Shown: in pieces, positions 30,337 to 39,649 of the stretch | Numbering within the stretch: position 1 is the first letter of the stretch | How the letters are laid out: every line of letters starts with the position of its first letter | Assembly (NCBI GenBank): GCA_965116875.1 | Contig: OZ220733.1 | Span: 5,389,093-5,453,092, forward strand | Reading direction: 5' to 3' | Source: Candidatus Latescibacterota bacterium | GTDB lineage: Bacteria; Latescibacterota; UBA2968; GCA-2709665 | DNA: 64,000 nt | Position numbers and translations under genes: made by a program | The notes under the pieces: generated by a model | Told to the model about the DNA's origin: nothing | The model's database searches: none | What the model saw: only the letters and a program-made list of their open reading frames with translations

Positions 30337-31152
30337 TCAAGTCCGGGTCATAGCTGACTTATCCTGCATCTGATCTTCGATCCATTCCATCCACTCAACC
30401 AGTTGAGACAGATATTCGTCTACCTCGCTCTCGCTCGGTTGGACGGGATGAACATAGATTTCAGAAGTTCTCCTCAGAAACCCCCGCCAATCCGGAGAGA
30501 CCTCTTCCAGCAGAGGAAGAACATCGGACCCATTGAGTGTATACCCTCCTCCCCTTGCCATGAGGAGATACCCGCCGCCCAGCACGGCCAGGCGTCCGAG
30601 CTTACGAAGGCGCAATGAGGGCTCCTCAGGAAGGGAGAAGTCGGTTGTATTCTCCTCCTGCAATCCCGCTGCATATCGGACCAGCTCCCTGGGGTAGCGG
30701 AACGCTCCGACGGGATCGGGGGGTGGAATCTCCATCCCTTTGGTCAGATCCTCTCCCCAGACGAGCGTGGCGTCGTAGGAAAGACGCGTTGCGACCTGGG
30801 ATACCCTGTCAACAGATCGCGGTCGCACAAGCCCATGAAGTGAGCGGAATTCCTCTCGAAGGGATGCCTCGGATTCCCGCAACCGGAACCTGTCCGCATC
30901 GGTGAAGGCGTCCAGGATAAACGAATGCAGGTCAAGATCGGAAACTCCGGGTACCGCTTCGTTCCGATGAACACTTCCCCACACATAGACTGAGACAAGA
31001 CGTTCTGCGAATACCTGGCAATACACCGAGACGTGGTTCACGACGGCGTCTCTGAAGTAGCCATCCGCAATGGAGTTGAGATTGACAAACCTGTCGGAAT
31101 CTGTCCCCGCCACGACACCTCCGTCACGCTCGGTTGACTCTGTCGCCGTCAC
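30337..31152 (-). CDS. Nucleotidyltransferase domain protein
   Basis: VYVWGSVHRNEAVPGVSDLD (GS...DxD). Confidence 0.85.
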   Translation of the reverse strand: MTATESTERDGGVVAGTDSDRFVNLNSIADGYFRDAVVNHVSVYCQVFAERLVSVYVWGSVHRNEAVPGVSDLDLHSFILDAFTDADRFRLRESEASLREEFRSLHGLVRPRSVDRVSQVATRLSYDATLVWGEDLTKGMEIPPPDPVGAFRYPRELVRYAAGLQEENTTDFSLPEEPSLRLRKLGRLAVLGGGYLLMARGGGYTLNGSDVLPLLEEVSPDWRGFLRRTSEIYVHPVQPSESEVDEYLSQLVEWMEWIEDQMQDKSAMTRT

Positions 31153-31188
31153 ACGAAAATGATCTCCGTCGATGCCAAATGGCGCCGT

Positions 31189-31956
31189 TCAAGTTGGCCC
31201 GTTCTTTTGCGCTTCAATCAAGAATTCCCTTGCCGTGAACGCCAACTCATCGCCACTATCGAGTCGGTGTTGCAGCCCTAACAGGTGCTCCACGTTCGTC
31301 TCAACTGAAAACCCGGGTACCAGCCAGGGAACGGCCTTCAAGTAGTAGACCACGGCGCCCACATCGGCGAAAGCCAGCCGGCCAGACCATTCTTCAGCAT
31401 TGAGAATGTTCAGGCCCGTCGTTCTCAATTGAACCACGTTCTTTTCGAGGGTGGATCCGGGCCATTGCGGTTCAACGTCAAACGCTGCAAGCAAGTCACA
31501 GGCCCATAACCCGTGAACCTGCTGGGTCAGGAATGTACCGCCAAGCCTGAGAATACGGGCAACTTCATCGGGATTGAAAGCGGAATGGCGATTCAGAACG
31601 AGATTAAACTCGCAATCGGAGAAAGGCACCGGATCGCAATCCGTTAATCGAACATCTACAACTTTCGCTCCGAATGGAACGAGACGTTCTGCTGCCAGCT
31701 CGAGGTTTGGCGCATATTCCTCCGTTGCCACAACCACTTCAGGCCAGTATTCCTGTAAGTCCAGGAACCGCTCACCCCCACCTGTTCCCAGGTCAACAAC
31801 AGATGAGCATCGACGCATGAGCTCGGCAGCCCGTGAAGAATAAGACCATGGAGCTTGCTCTTCGAACATCCTGCCATCCAGATAGGAAAAGTCCCATCCC
31901 GAGAAGAGCTGTTCCTCTTCACGTTTCCAACTATCGACAAGCTTGTCAGAACTCAT
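31189..31956 (-). CDS. Class I SAM-dependent methyltransferase
   Basis: FSGWDFS, VDLGTGGGE, LNRH, GGTFLTQQV; start at MSSDKL. Confidence 0.9.
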   Translation of the reverse strand: MSSDKLVDSWKREEEQLFSGWDFSYLDGRMFEEQAPWSYSSRAAELMRRCSSVVDLGTGGGERFLDLQEYWPEVVVATEEYAPNLELAAERLVPFGAKVVDVRLTDCDPVPFSDCEFNLVLNRHSAFNPDEVARILRLGGTFLTQQVHGLWACDLLAAFDVEPQWPGSTLEKNVVQLRTTGLNILNAEEWSGRLAFADVGAVVYYLKAVPWLVPGFSVETNVEHLLGLQHRLDSGDELAFTAREFLIEAQKNGPT

Positions 31957-32011
31957 ACTGGCCGCTATCTGTGTAAAGCACTTTCGATTGAATGGCCGGC
32001 GCCCATTTTTC

Positions 32012-32094
32012 GCGTGACGTGTTCCCGTGCCCAAACCGCGTAGCGGTTGCGTGAATGCACCCGAGTGCCGCAGCCGGGCACGGACGTGCTATGT
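32012..32094 (-). repeat. attC-like site, subfamily B
   Basis: gcgtgac-gtgttc-CCGTGCCC...GGGCACGG-acgt-gctatgt; perfect 8-bp arms. Confidence 0.75.
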
Positions 32095-32135
32095 GACGCC
32101 GAGTCCACTTCGAATGGTCTCGGTAACGTCGTGCG

Positions 32136-32660
32136 TCATCCGATCACGGAGGCCGTTTCGTGCGGGTTCACTGGCAGCATGAAGTACGCAGTGCAGTCAC
32201 CCTCATCCTCGTTGACAGCAGGTTGAATACCAAAACCCAGGGATAAGTTAAGTGCGTGGTTTTCAACGCTGCTTTAACTGCTGCGCTCTCGTACCTGGTA
32301 GCAGTCAAGATCACGTGCCCAGGAAACCGCCGTCAGCTTTAGACACCTCCCGATGCCCCGACGCCGATATTGAGGTTTGACGAAGATGGCCACGACCTTT
32401 GCTTCCAGTACTGGCCTTTCGTTACGCTCAAGGCCGGGCTTGTCTTCATCGATCCCAATCTGTTGCGTCCAAAACCTCAGGTAACCCACCATTTGATCGC
32501 GATCAAGCGCGACAAGGGTGAATGGCCCGGAGTGGTACTCGCACGTTTTGGCGTCGAGTCCGGCTCCTTCGCCTCTCTTGTCAGCGAAGGCCAGGAATCT
32601 CTGCCATGAGGTGTGCGTGGATTCCAGCCGCTCTATCCGAACGTTTTCAGGCAGTGGCAT
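32136..32660 (-). pseudogene. GNAT acetyltransferase with premature TAA
   Basis: VKPQYRRRGIG; ...QVRERSS*SSVENHALNLSLGFGIQP continues in frame past the TAA at 32274-32276. Confidence 0.8.
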
Positions 32661-32757
32661 TTCAAACTCCTGTCTGTGAGGTGGGTATTGACTGGACATT
32701 CCGTATTTACCACTGCACCGGATGCACCGACGTAGCCTCTTGGCTGGTTTCCATCTC

Positions 32758-32848
32758 ACATAACGTTTCGTCGGCTTGCGAACCCGACCAGCGGGTTGCC
32801 GAAGGCCAGGACGGCGATGGCGCCGCAGTGCAAAACGTGCTGTTATCG
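32758..32848 (-). repeat. attC-like site, subfamily A (best-preserved copy)
   Basis: Gene strand CGATAAC-AGCA-CGTTTTGC...GCAAGCCG-ACGAAAC-GTTATGT, 91 bp. Confidence 0.8.
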
Positions 32849-32885
32849 GACGACGCATCTCGGCCGCGCGTTACTATGCGGCCCG

Positions 32886-33494
32886 CTAACTCGACAGAAG
32901 CCTCTGCCAGCGATGACCTTCGGGATACAGAACCTCCAATCCGGTCCCCAACCATCTCTTTTCCTCTGCGGACATCAGCGGCAGGCACGTCTCAAAGTCC
33001 AGATCATCTTTAGATCGAGGATTCCTGGCTTTGTACAGCAGTTGGGCCTCAATCCGAATGCAGGGGACATTCCCGTATGCAACGATCAAGTCTCCTCGTC
33101 GCCCGCCAATCAGTCTGCTGCGCTTGCTGAACCATCTGTCGCCGTCGCTTTCAGTTAACATGATCTGAAGCTGCCATGACTGAATGTCGGTATGGCCCCA
33201 TATGTCAAATATCCCGTAAGGCAAGTACTCTGATTGCGCCCATGGTCGCAATGAGCCGGGCGGATCAGCCGCATACAGATGCCAATTTGAGAGCCAGCGC
33301 TGTACTTCAAGTTGCTGATCCCGGAACACGATGACGTCAATATCACCGTGGTCTCTAACGCGCTTTCCCACGAACTGCTCGACCGCATAGCCGCCCGCGA
33401 GTCCCCACTGGAAAGGAGCGTTGGCGAACAATTGCGTCAACTCCCGGACGGTCAAGGGTTGCCACCGGTTGATGGGAATTTCGGGAGTGGTCAT
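32886..33494 (-). CDS. Nucleotidyltransferase, aminoglycoside-2''-adenylyltransferase/Lnu-like
   Basis: WGLAGGYAVE...RDHGDIDV, QLLYKA, KDDLDF. Confidence 0.85.
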   Translation of the reverse strand: MTTPEIPINRWQPLTVRELTQLFANAPFQWGLAGGYAVEQFVGKRVRDHGDIDVIVFRDQQLEVQRWLSNWHLYAADPPGSLRPWAQSEYLPYGIFDIWGHTDIQSWQLQIMLTESDGDRWFSKRSRLIGGRRGDLIVAYGNVPCIRIEAQLLYKARNPRSKDDLDFETCLPLMSAEEKRWLGTGLEVLYPEGHRWQRLLSS

Positions 33495-33516
33495 TCAGTT
33501 CGCATTCTGCGCTTAG

Positions 33517-33676
33517 CAGCCCGTTGAAAAAGCCCATCCGGGCTACGGCCGGCCCTTGCGGTCGAAATACTGCGTTACGCTCCCTCGCCGAATCACAGGA
33601 TGGGACTCGGTCGCGCGCCTTGTCTTCGACCACAATGACTCGGCCTCGCCTGCAGAGCGACTTTATCAACGGACTG
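33517..33676. mobile_element. MITE family 1 (160 bp, IS5/IS1182-type ends)
   Basis: TIR CAGCCCGTTGAAAAAG / CTTTATCAACGGACTG (14/16), TTAG duplicated on both sides; partial copy at 54921. Confidence 0.8.
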
Positions 33677-33688
33677 TTAGACGATGTC

Positions 33689-33780
33689 CCCTGACGTTTC
33701 ACGGTTCGCGAACCTGCGATGCAGATTGCCAGAGGCCAGGACTCCTGATAGACGGCGAGGCGCAAACCGACGTGTCAGAA
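33689..33780 (-). repeat. attC-like site, subfamily A, with compensated TGAC/GTCA ends
   Basis: ccctgac-gtttca-CGGTTCGCG...CGCAAACCG-acgt-gtcagaa. Confidence 0.75.
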
Positions 33781-33796
33781 GACGTGCGTAACATAT

Positions 33797-34567
33797 TTAT
33801 GCGACAAGCAAATCGTAATTCTCTTGCAGCCACGTGTTTTCTTCTTCCAGTTCCGCAAGATCCCCGCGTTGGTAGAAGATGGACCATGGGAGGAGTCCTT
33901 GCCTGCCCAGAGTCTCCGTCCTGCGGTATTCTTCCAATTGCAGGTCGCTCAAGGTGTCCAGGATTGCGTTGGAGTCCGTGCCATAGGTGTCGGAAATTAC
34001 TGCCAACCTGGACCTGAGATCGGGCTTCTCGGAAAATCCGGCTCTTCTCCAGTGGTTTTCGCCACGGAGAGGTACCGCGAACCAGGCAAACTGACTGACA
34101 TCGTAGAGAGGATCGCCCGGCTCAGCAAAGTCCCAGTCGATGACCCCATTCAGGGTTCGCCCTTCCCAGACAGTATTCCAGGGTCCGAGATCCCCGTGTC
34201 GGATGATCATTCCCGGTCGCCAGGTCGCATTCGGGACAACCCATTCAGCATCCCCGGGCAGCTCGAAATCCCTCACGGCATTGTGATATCGGGACAGGAA
34301 TCGCGCGACCTCGGCAAGGCCCTCTTCCTGAAGCATCACCTCAGGCCATGGTCGCCGGGCGACTTCTCCAGGGATAAACGAAAGTACCTCGCGTCCGAGT
34401 TCGTCGAATCCGAGGACTCGAGGAACTCCTGAAAAGCCAACCGCCTCCAGGTGGCGCAGCAAGGAATGCACGGCTGGCGTCCACCTGTGGACAGGTCTGC
34501 GCACGGTGTCACCAATCCGTACTACGGGATTGACACTACCCCGGGCGGATTCACCCTCTTGCAGCAT
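33797..34567 (-). CDS. APH-like phosphotransferase
   Basis: VVRIGDTVRRP, HGDLGPWN, IDWDFA. Confidence 0.88.
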   Translation of the reverse strand: MLQEGESARGSVNPVVRIGDTVRRPVHRWTPAVHSLLRHLEAVGFSGVPRVLGFDELGREVLSFIPGEVARRPWPEVMLQEEGLAEVARFLSRYHNAVRDFELPGDAEWVVPNATWRPGMIIRHGDLGPWNTVWEGRTLNGVIDWDFAEPGDPLYDVSQFAWFAVPLRGENHWRRAGFSEKPDLRSRLAVISDTYGTDSNAILDTLSDLQLEEYRRTETLGRQGLLPWSIFYQRGDLAELEEENTWLQENYDLLVA

Positions 34568-34621
34568 CGTCAGATTCTCCCCAGCCTGATTCGTGATTGC
34601 CCTCTTGTCTAGCCGCAGGTT

Positions 34622-34713
34622 TTATCACATTGTGCCGGTTTGCGATCCGCGAAGGTGGCTGCCGACGGCCCGAACGGCGATGGCGCCGCAGCGCAAACAT
34701 GCTTTTGTCGGCT
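34622..34713 (-). repeat. attC-like site, subfamily A
   Basis: gccggtttgcgatccgcgaaggtggctgccgacggcc..cggcgatggcgccgcagcgcaaacatgcttttgtcggct; core close to the 29281, 32758 and 39444 copies. Confidence 0.7.
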
Positions 34714-34727
34714 GTCGCCGGGGACAT

Positions 34728-35600
34728 TCATCTAACCATCACGTCCGGTTCCGGAAGTCCAAGTTCCTGCACCGTCCAATGAAGACCTGCATTCAGGTGC
34801 GCCTTCTGTAGTCTGCGAACCAACGGCGTATGGGGCAGATCGGGCAATCCTGCACGCGAGGCGAAATACCCCGTAACGTACGACGCCAGGTGACCGGCGT
34901 CCGCAAGAATATCCTGTGGAGGCGGCCCGCCCTCGTGGCGAAGACCGGGCAGCCAGAACGCGACGTCGAGGTCGGGATTGCCAGAGCAGGCGTTGTTCCA
35001 ATCGATCAATACGGCACGGTCGGCGCGAAAGCAGATGTTATCGCTTCTCACGTCAAGATGGACAAGCGACTTGCCTTCGGTTTCTACGCGATCGTGTGCT
35101 TCCAGGAGGGTGGGCAGACACGCTGTCAACCACGATTCGCTTGCGACGCGTATCGACAGGAAGGCCTCCGGGTGCGCCGCGACTTCGTGCCAACCTCTGT
35201 GAGTGAAGATCTCGTGATATTCGGGCACACTTGCCTGGCTCTCGTGTATGATTGACAAGCTGTCAAGAACCATATCGACACGGGAAGCGGTCCAGGGCGG
35301 AGGCCACGGGTTCCCGCTCAGGTCCTCCAATACCAATAACGGAGGTTCCTCCTGATCCCACGCCAAAACGGCCGCCATGAAGTCTCCGGAAAGTTGGCGA
35401 TAGACCGAAATCTCGGAATTCAGCCACTCGCTGGTGAGCCGGTCCGTCGCACACTTCGCAAATGCCGTGTCTCCGTCACGGAATCTTACGATTCTTCGGC
35501 AGGCGTCTGTGTAACCTCCCTGAACCGGTAGCAGCCGGTCCACTGCTCGGCCGGTCAGGTCCGCAATTCGCGATTCCAGTCCGTCGCTGCTGGAATTCAT
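34728..35600 (-). CDS. APH-like phosphotransferase
   Basis: GGYT, FAK, HLDVRSDN, IDWN; start at MNSSSD. Confidence 0.88.
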   Translation of the reverse strand: MNSSSDGLESRIADLTGRAVDRLLPVQGGYTDACRRIVRFRDGDTAFAKCATDRLTSEWLNSEISVYRQLSGDFMAAVLAWDQEEPPLLVLEDLSGNPWPPPWTASRVDMVLDSLSIIHESQASVPEYHEIFTHRGWHEVAAHPEAFLSIRVASESWLTACLPTLLEAHDRVETEGKSLVHLDVRSDNICFRADRAVLIDWNNACSGNPDLDVAFWLPGLRHEGGPPPQDILADAGHLASYVTGYFASRAGLPDLPHTPLVRRLQKAHLNAGLHWTVQELGLPEPDVMVR

Positions 35601-35621
35601 GACCTGCCTCAATTCGATTGT

Positions 35622-35657
35622 CGACAACGTTACGCTTGGCAAGTGCTGCTGTTACAC
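35622..35657 (-). repeat. Centre-deleted mini attC-like site
   Basis: cgacaacgttacGCTTggcAAGTgctgctgttacac: both outer boxes kept; right end identical to the 39444 copy (gctgttacacg). Confidence 0.5.
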
Positions 35658-35740
35658 GCTGCCGGGACGATCGTGATTCTTTCCAGGGCGACCGAAGGCC
35701 GAATACCAGCTACATCCTCAGATCGAATGAGGTTCGCGTT

Positions 35741-36370
35741 TCATTTTATCAGGAAGTTGCTGCCATACTGATACGCGATCTCAAGATTCCTCGCCCTGTT
35801 GCTCGATGTCGCAAAGTGATCTGCCATTCCAGGGAGGAGTGCGAACTCACAATGCTTCACGCCTGCGTCAGGGCGGAGGCGATCATGGGTGTATAACCGT
35901 CTCATGGCTTCAGCAATTCCGGACTCATTCAATGCCTCCAATGAATTTCCCACGGGACAGAGTACGAGAGCCCGTTCGACCGAGAGTCGCGGAAACGGAT
36001 AGGTCTCCCTGGCGAATTGGTACTCGTACGCGTATCCGCAGACCCAGACCCGGTCGAACCATCCCTTCAACTTTGCCGGACAGTCGCTCCACCAGACCGG
36101 AAAGACAAAGGCCAGACCGTCTGCCCTGCTGATCTTCCTGTGTTCGGCTTCCACGTCTGACGGTATCGTGAGAGAGGAACGATTTCCCTGCACGTTCATC
36201 TCGCGGGTGTACTCATCCATGTTCATTTCGCATCTGAAGTCCATTTCATACAGGTCCCCGATCTCGTATGAATGTCCTCCATCGTCGAATCCTCGACACA
36301 GTTCGACCAGGACCTCCCCGGTAAAGGACGTCCTCGTCGGATGCGCAAAGACGATGTATGCGTGCATCAA
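35741..36370 (-). CDS. Flavodoxin-like NAD(P)H dehydrogenase (quinone) family
   Basis: FAHP, DLY, FPVWWSDCPAKLKGWFDRV. Confidence 0.9.
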   Translation of the reverse strand: MMHAYIVFAHPTRTSFTGEVLVELCRGFDDGGHSYEIGDLYEMDFRCEMNMDEYTREMNVQGNRSSLTIPSDVEAEHRKISRADGLAFVFPVWWSDCPAKLKGWFDRVWVCGYAYEYQFARETYPFPRLSVERALVLCPVGNSLEALNESGIAEAMRRLYTHDRLRPDAGVKHCEFALLPGMADHFATSSNRARNLEIAYQYGSNFLIK

Positions 36371-36432
36371 AACATCCCTTCATGAGCGTCACTATACGCT
36401 CCGTTCGAGTTTTCCATCTCAGGCGCGATGAC

Positions 36433-36516
36433 GCTTAACGTCTCGGCACCCACGAACCTGGGTAGTGAGGTTGGGCGGAGGCGGGATGGCCGGAGCCGTG
36501 GGTGCTCGTCTTACGC
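36433..36516 (-). repeat. attC-like site, subfamily B; upstream gene stop lies in the R'' box
   Basis: gcttaac-gtctcg-GCACCCACG...CGTGGGTGC-tcgt-cttacgc; the TAA of the upstream gene is at 36511-36513. Confidence 0.8.
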
Positions 36517-37554
36517 GAAGGTGAGTTCACGGGATACCCGATCCGGCTCCTTCGAGACCACCTCGGACCATATGGATGCCGTTCGTTCGAGTGACAACTT
36601 GAGTTGAGACTTGCGCAGATCCTCATTGAGGAGCCACGAACCCGTTTCACCATTGCGAACCGCGTACCAGGTGAAGGCATACAGGACGTCGCGTCTGTCA
36701 TCGAGCTCCGTGATCTCCTCGCCCACGGCCAGGCGGGATGGATACGATGTGATGTGCCGCTCCACAACATGGGCGGGCGCCTTCGCGTACCTTGCTTCTA
36801 CCTCATCCGCCGTAAGTGAGAACAGACGAATGAGGCGGTTCGCAATTCCTTCTTCATCGTGCTCGCGAGCCAGAACGCAAAAACGAGTGAAAACCCTCCC
36901 AAAGGACCGGTCTCCATGCCCCCATTTCTCCATCAGGAACGGGATTGTCAGGCGTGAGAGTTCCTGTACAGAAATCCCTGCCTCGATCAGACGACCTGCC
37001 TCCAGATGTGACTTTGCTCGATGGGCGAGCCCGGTTGCACGTCTGACTCGCTCGATTTGACGCGCCCGGACAACCGATGGATCAAATCGACCATCGGAGA
37101 GCAGGACAACGAACGCGGGAGTATCGCAATCCTCAGACGTGTGAACCGATTGACCGAGATGGCTCTTGTCGGTCGCATGAAAAATCCTCTCATTGGCCAT
37201 CAGCTCATCCTGGTTACGCTTGCCTTTGATCAGGTCGTCTGCCTCGTCGGCTGTGAAATGAAGTCGACCCGCGTCAACAGACGTTCGCCACGAGTCTCGA
37301 GTCCACTCCCCTGTGATGGATAATGAAAGCTCGTCCACGCTTTCTGGAAGACCGTTGTCCGCCTCCCTGGTTGTAATGTAGATGAGGTCTATGTCTGATA
37401 AGGGCCAGGCCGTTCCTCGCCCGACGCTACCCCCGAGAATCACACCCGCAACGCCAGGAACCGATGCGATCCGTTCGATGGCTTCAACGGTTCGCACCTG
37501 GAGAATGTGTTCCCAGTTCTCCAGGTGCGCCCGGAAGAGATCCGCTCTGAACAA
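36511..37554 (-). CDS. Nucleotidyltransferase domain protein
   Basis: ILGGSVGRGTAWPLSDIDL; start set at TTG 37554 after AGGGAG because the ORF-track start lies inside the palindrome. Confidence 0.8.
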   Translation of the reverse strand: MFRADLFRAHLENWEHILQVRTVEAIERIASVPGVAGVILGGSVGRGTAWPLSDIDLIYITTREADNGLPESVDELSLSITGEWTRDSWRTSVDAGRLHFTADEADDLIKGKRNQDELMANERIFHATDKSHLGQSVHTSEDCDTPAFVVLLSDGRFDPSVVRARQIERVRRATGLAHRAKSHLEAGRLIEAGISVQELSRLTIPFLMEKWGHGDRSFGRVFTRFCVLAREHDEEGIANRLIRLFSLTADEVEARYAKAPAHVVERHITSYPSRLAVGEEITELDDRRDVLYAFTWYAVRNGETGSWLLNEDLRKSQLKLSLERTASIWSEVVSKEPDRVSRELTFA

Positions 37555-37569
37555 ATCGAACTCCCTTTC

Positions 37570-37650
37570 GCAAAACGTACCCGCCGTGCCCAAACCCAGA
37601 AGCGGTTGCGCGAAGGGTGCAGCCCGTCGCCGGGCACGGTCGTATTACCC
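37570..37650 (-). repeat. attC-like site, subfamily B
   Basis: gcaaaac-gtacccg-CCGTGCCC...GGGCACGG-tcgt-attaccc. Confidence 0.75.
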
Positions 37651-37684
37651 GGGGTTTGGGCCTGCGCGCAAGGCACAAGATTGC

Positions 37685-39376
37685 TTAGGGTGGGAGACGA
37701 TTTTCGAAGAACCGGGTAGCTCTCTCGAATACTTCGTCGCGATGCTTTGCCAACCCGTGTGTATCGTCGGGGAACACGACCAGCGAGCAGTCTCCACCAA
37801 AATCGTTAATATGCCTCTCGACTTGTCGCATTTCGTCTGTAGTTGCTACAGAGTCAAGTCCACCATGGAAGAGTAGAGCCGGTCTCTTGATCTTTTCGGC
37901 CTGCCACAGCACGGATCTCTCTTCCAGTGCTTTCTCGCGTGCAATTGGGTTGGCCGGAAGGAATCTGTCACGGTGAAGCCGCAAGACTCGAAGACTCGTA
38001 CAGGTGCAGGTCGATACCGCACCCACGAATGGTGAGGAAGGATTCGCCAGGGCGAGAAGGCTGAGAAAGCCACCGTAGCTGTTTCCAAACAGCGCGATCC
38101 TTCTGCCCGAACCAAACTGCTGCTGCCAAAAGACGCCACAATCAACCACATCCTGAACGTCCGAAACTCCACAAACACCTTCATTGGCCCTCGCCAGATC
38201 ATCGCCAAAGCCGGTAGAACCTCTGTAAGCCACACGCACGACCTCGAAACCCTTGCGAACAAGCCACAGCGCCCATGAGTCGTTTCTATCCAGGGTACCG
38301 CCCGGACCGCCGTGCACGTACAAGACTGCGGTCTCTCGCGGGGAATGTGGAACCAAACGTTGTGCCGGAAGTTGCCAACCATCCGAAGCAGGAACTGTGA
38401 ATTCCTCCAGCTTGAAGCTCGGCCCGGCCTCCGTATGCTCAGCCACGGCTGTACATTTACGCGACTCATCCCAACGGTAGACCCTACCGTCCGTGGCCAG
38501 GAAGTAGACGATGTCGCTGTCCGCCACGATGGCGATTTGATGCCAGGTCAGGTTCTTCGAAACGCTGACGCCAGATGGAAGCTTGAGCCGGGCGTCGACG
38601 CGTCCCTCGGGAAACCGCAACCATACGAGTTCATCGGAAAGAACGCAGAGCAGCCTGTCTGTTTGAGCGGAGAATGCCCCTTCCTCGACCGAACGATTGT
38701 CGCAGGTCCACGCGGAGTCTCGTCCGGTAAGATCTATTACCCGAACGCACTCTCCTGCCTCGTCAACCTCCTGCAGTGAAAACCACCTTCCATCACGAGA
38801 CCACGGGTATCTACCAAATCGCTGACTATTCGCACCGGACAGGGGGGAGGACAATTCTCGTCGTTCCATATCATACAGGTAAACTTTCTTGGGGTTATTA
38901 TGTTCTTCGAGGTTCTGGCGATGAAATGCAATCCGGTCACCGGATGGTGACCAATTCGGAAACCTGTCTACAGCATCCGGCGAGGAGGTCAATCTCTCAA
39001 GCCTGCCATCGGCCAGTGTCAGGCGGAATACATCCGGTGGTCGTCCATCGGGTTGCCTGCCGTATGCAGAGAATACGAGCTCTAAACCGTCCGGCGACCA
39101 CTGACTGAAGCCAGCCTTCATGGACGGGTCTTCATACACGATCCTTGTGTTGTCCTGGGATACTTCATGGATACCAATACGACCGTCGTTACCGGAAAAT
39201 GTCAGGCGAAGACCAACTGACGCCCAGCGCGGATGATGCGGCAGGAACTCGGGTGGGATCTCCCCGATGGTTTCCCCTGAGGATTCCATAATCTTCAACC
39301 AGGCCTCACCCGAAATCCCACGGCACTGCAAGACAATTCGACCTGAAATCGGATCGACGTCGAAATCGCTTATCAA
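37685..39376 (-). CDS. S9 family peptidase with TolB/PD40-like beta-propeller
   Basis: WSPDG repeats, HGGP, GNSYGG nucleophile, HGGLD, DTHG. Confidence 0.9.
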   Translation of the reverse strand: MISDFDVDPISGRIVLQCRGISGEAWLKIMESSGETIGEIPPEFLPHHPRWASVGLRLTFSGNDGRIGIHEVSQDNTRIVYEDPSMKAGFSQWSPDGLELVFSAYGRQPDGRPPDVFRLTLADGRLERLTSSPDAVDRFPNWSPSGDRIAFHRQNLEEHNNPKKVYLYDMERRELSSPLSGANSQRFGRYPWSRDGRWFSLQEVDEAGECVRVIDLTGRDSAWTCDNRSVEEGAFSAQTDRLLCVLSDELVWLRFPEGRVDARLKLPSGVSVSKNLTWHQIAIVADSDIVYFLATDGRVYRWDESRKCTAVAEHTEAGPSFKLEEFTVPASDGWQLPAQRLVPHSPRETAVLYVHGGPGGTLDRNDSWALWLVRKGFEVVRVAYRGSTGFGDDLARANEGVCGVSDVQDVVDCGVFWQQQFGSGRRIALFGNSYGGFLSLLALANPSSPFVGAVSTCTCTSLRVLRLHRDRFLPANPIAREKALEERSVLWQAEKIKRPALLFHGGLDSVATTDEMRQVERHINDFGGDCSLVVFPDDTHGLAKHRDEVFERATRFFENRLPP

Positions 39377-39443
39377 CGAATCCTCCCTCCGATAGAACTG
39401 AATCGCACTCCTGGATGAAACGTACGAAACAGCCTCAAATTGG

Positions 39444-39534
39444 GGCTGACGTTCCGCCGGTTTGCGAACCGCGTAGTTGGTTGCCGAAGGTCAGGGCGGC
39501 GATGGCGCCGCAGCGCAACACCGGGCTGTTACAC
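39444..39534 (-). repeat. attC-like site, subfamily A
   Basis: ggctgac-gttccgc-CGGTTTGCG...CGCAACACCG-ggct-gttacac, 91 bp. Confidence 0.8.
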
Positions 39535-39649
39535 GAAAATGATCACTGTGCCCAACCGAGCCAAATCTTGTAAGGCGCACTCTTGACGCCCGAAGCTATT
39601 GGATATTCGTGCTTCGTCGTACCGAATTCAGTTTGCAAATATCAACCAC

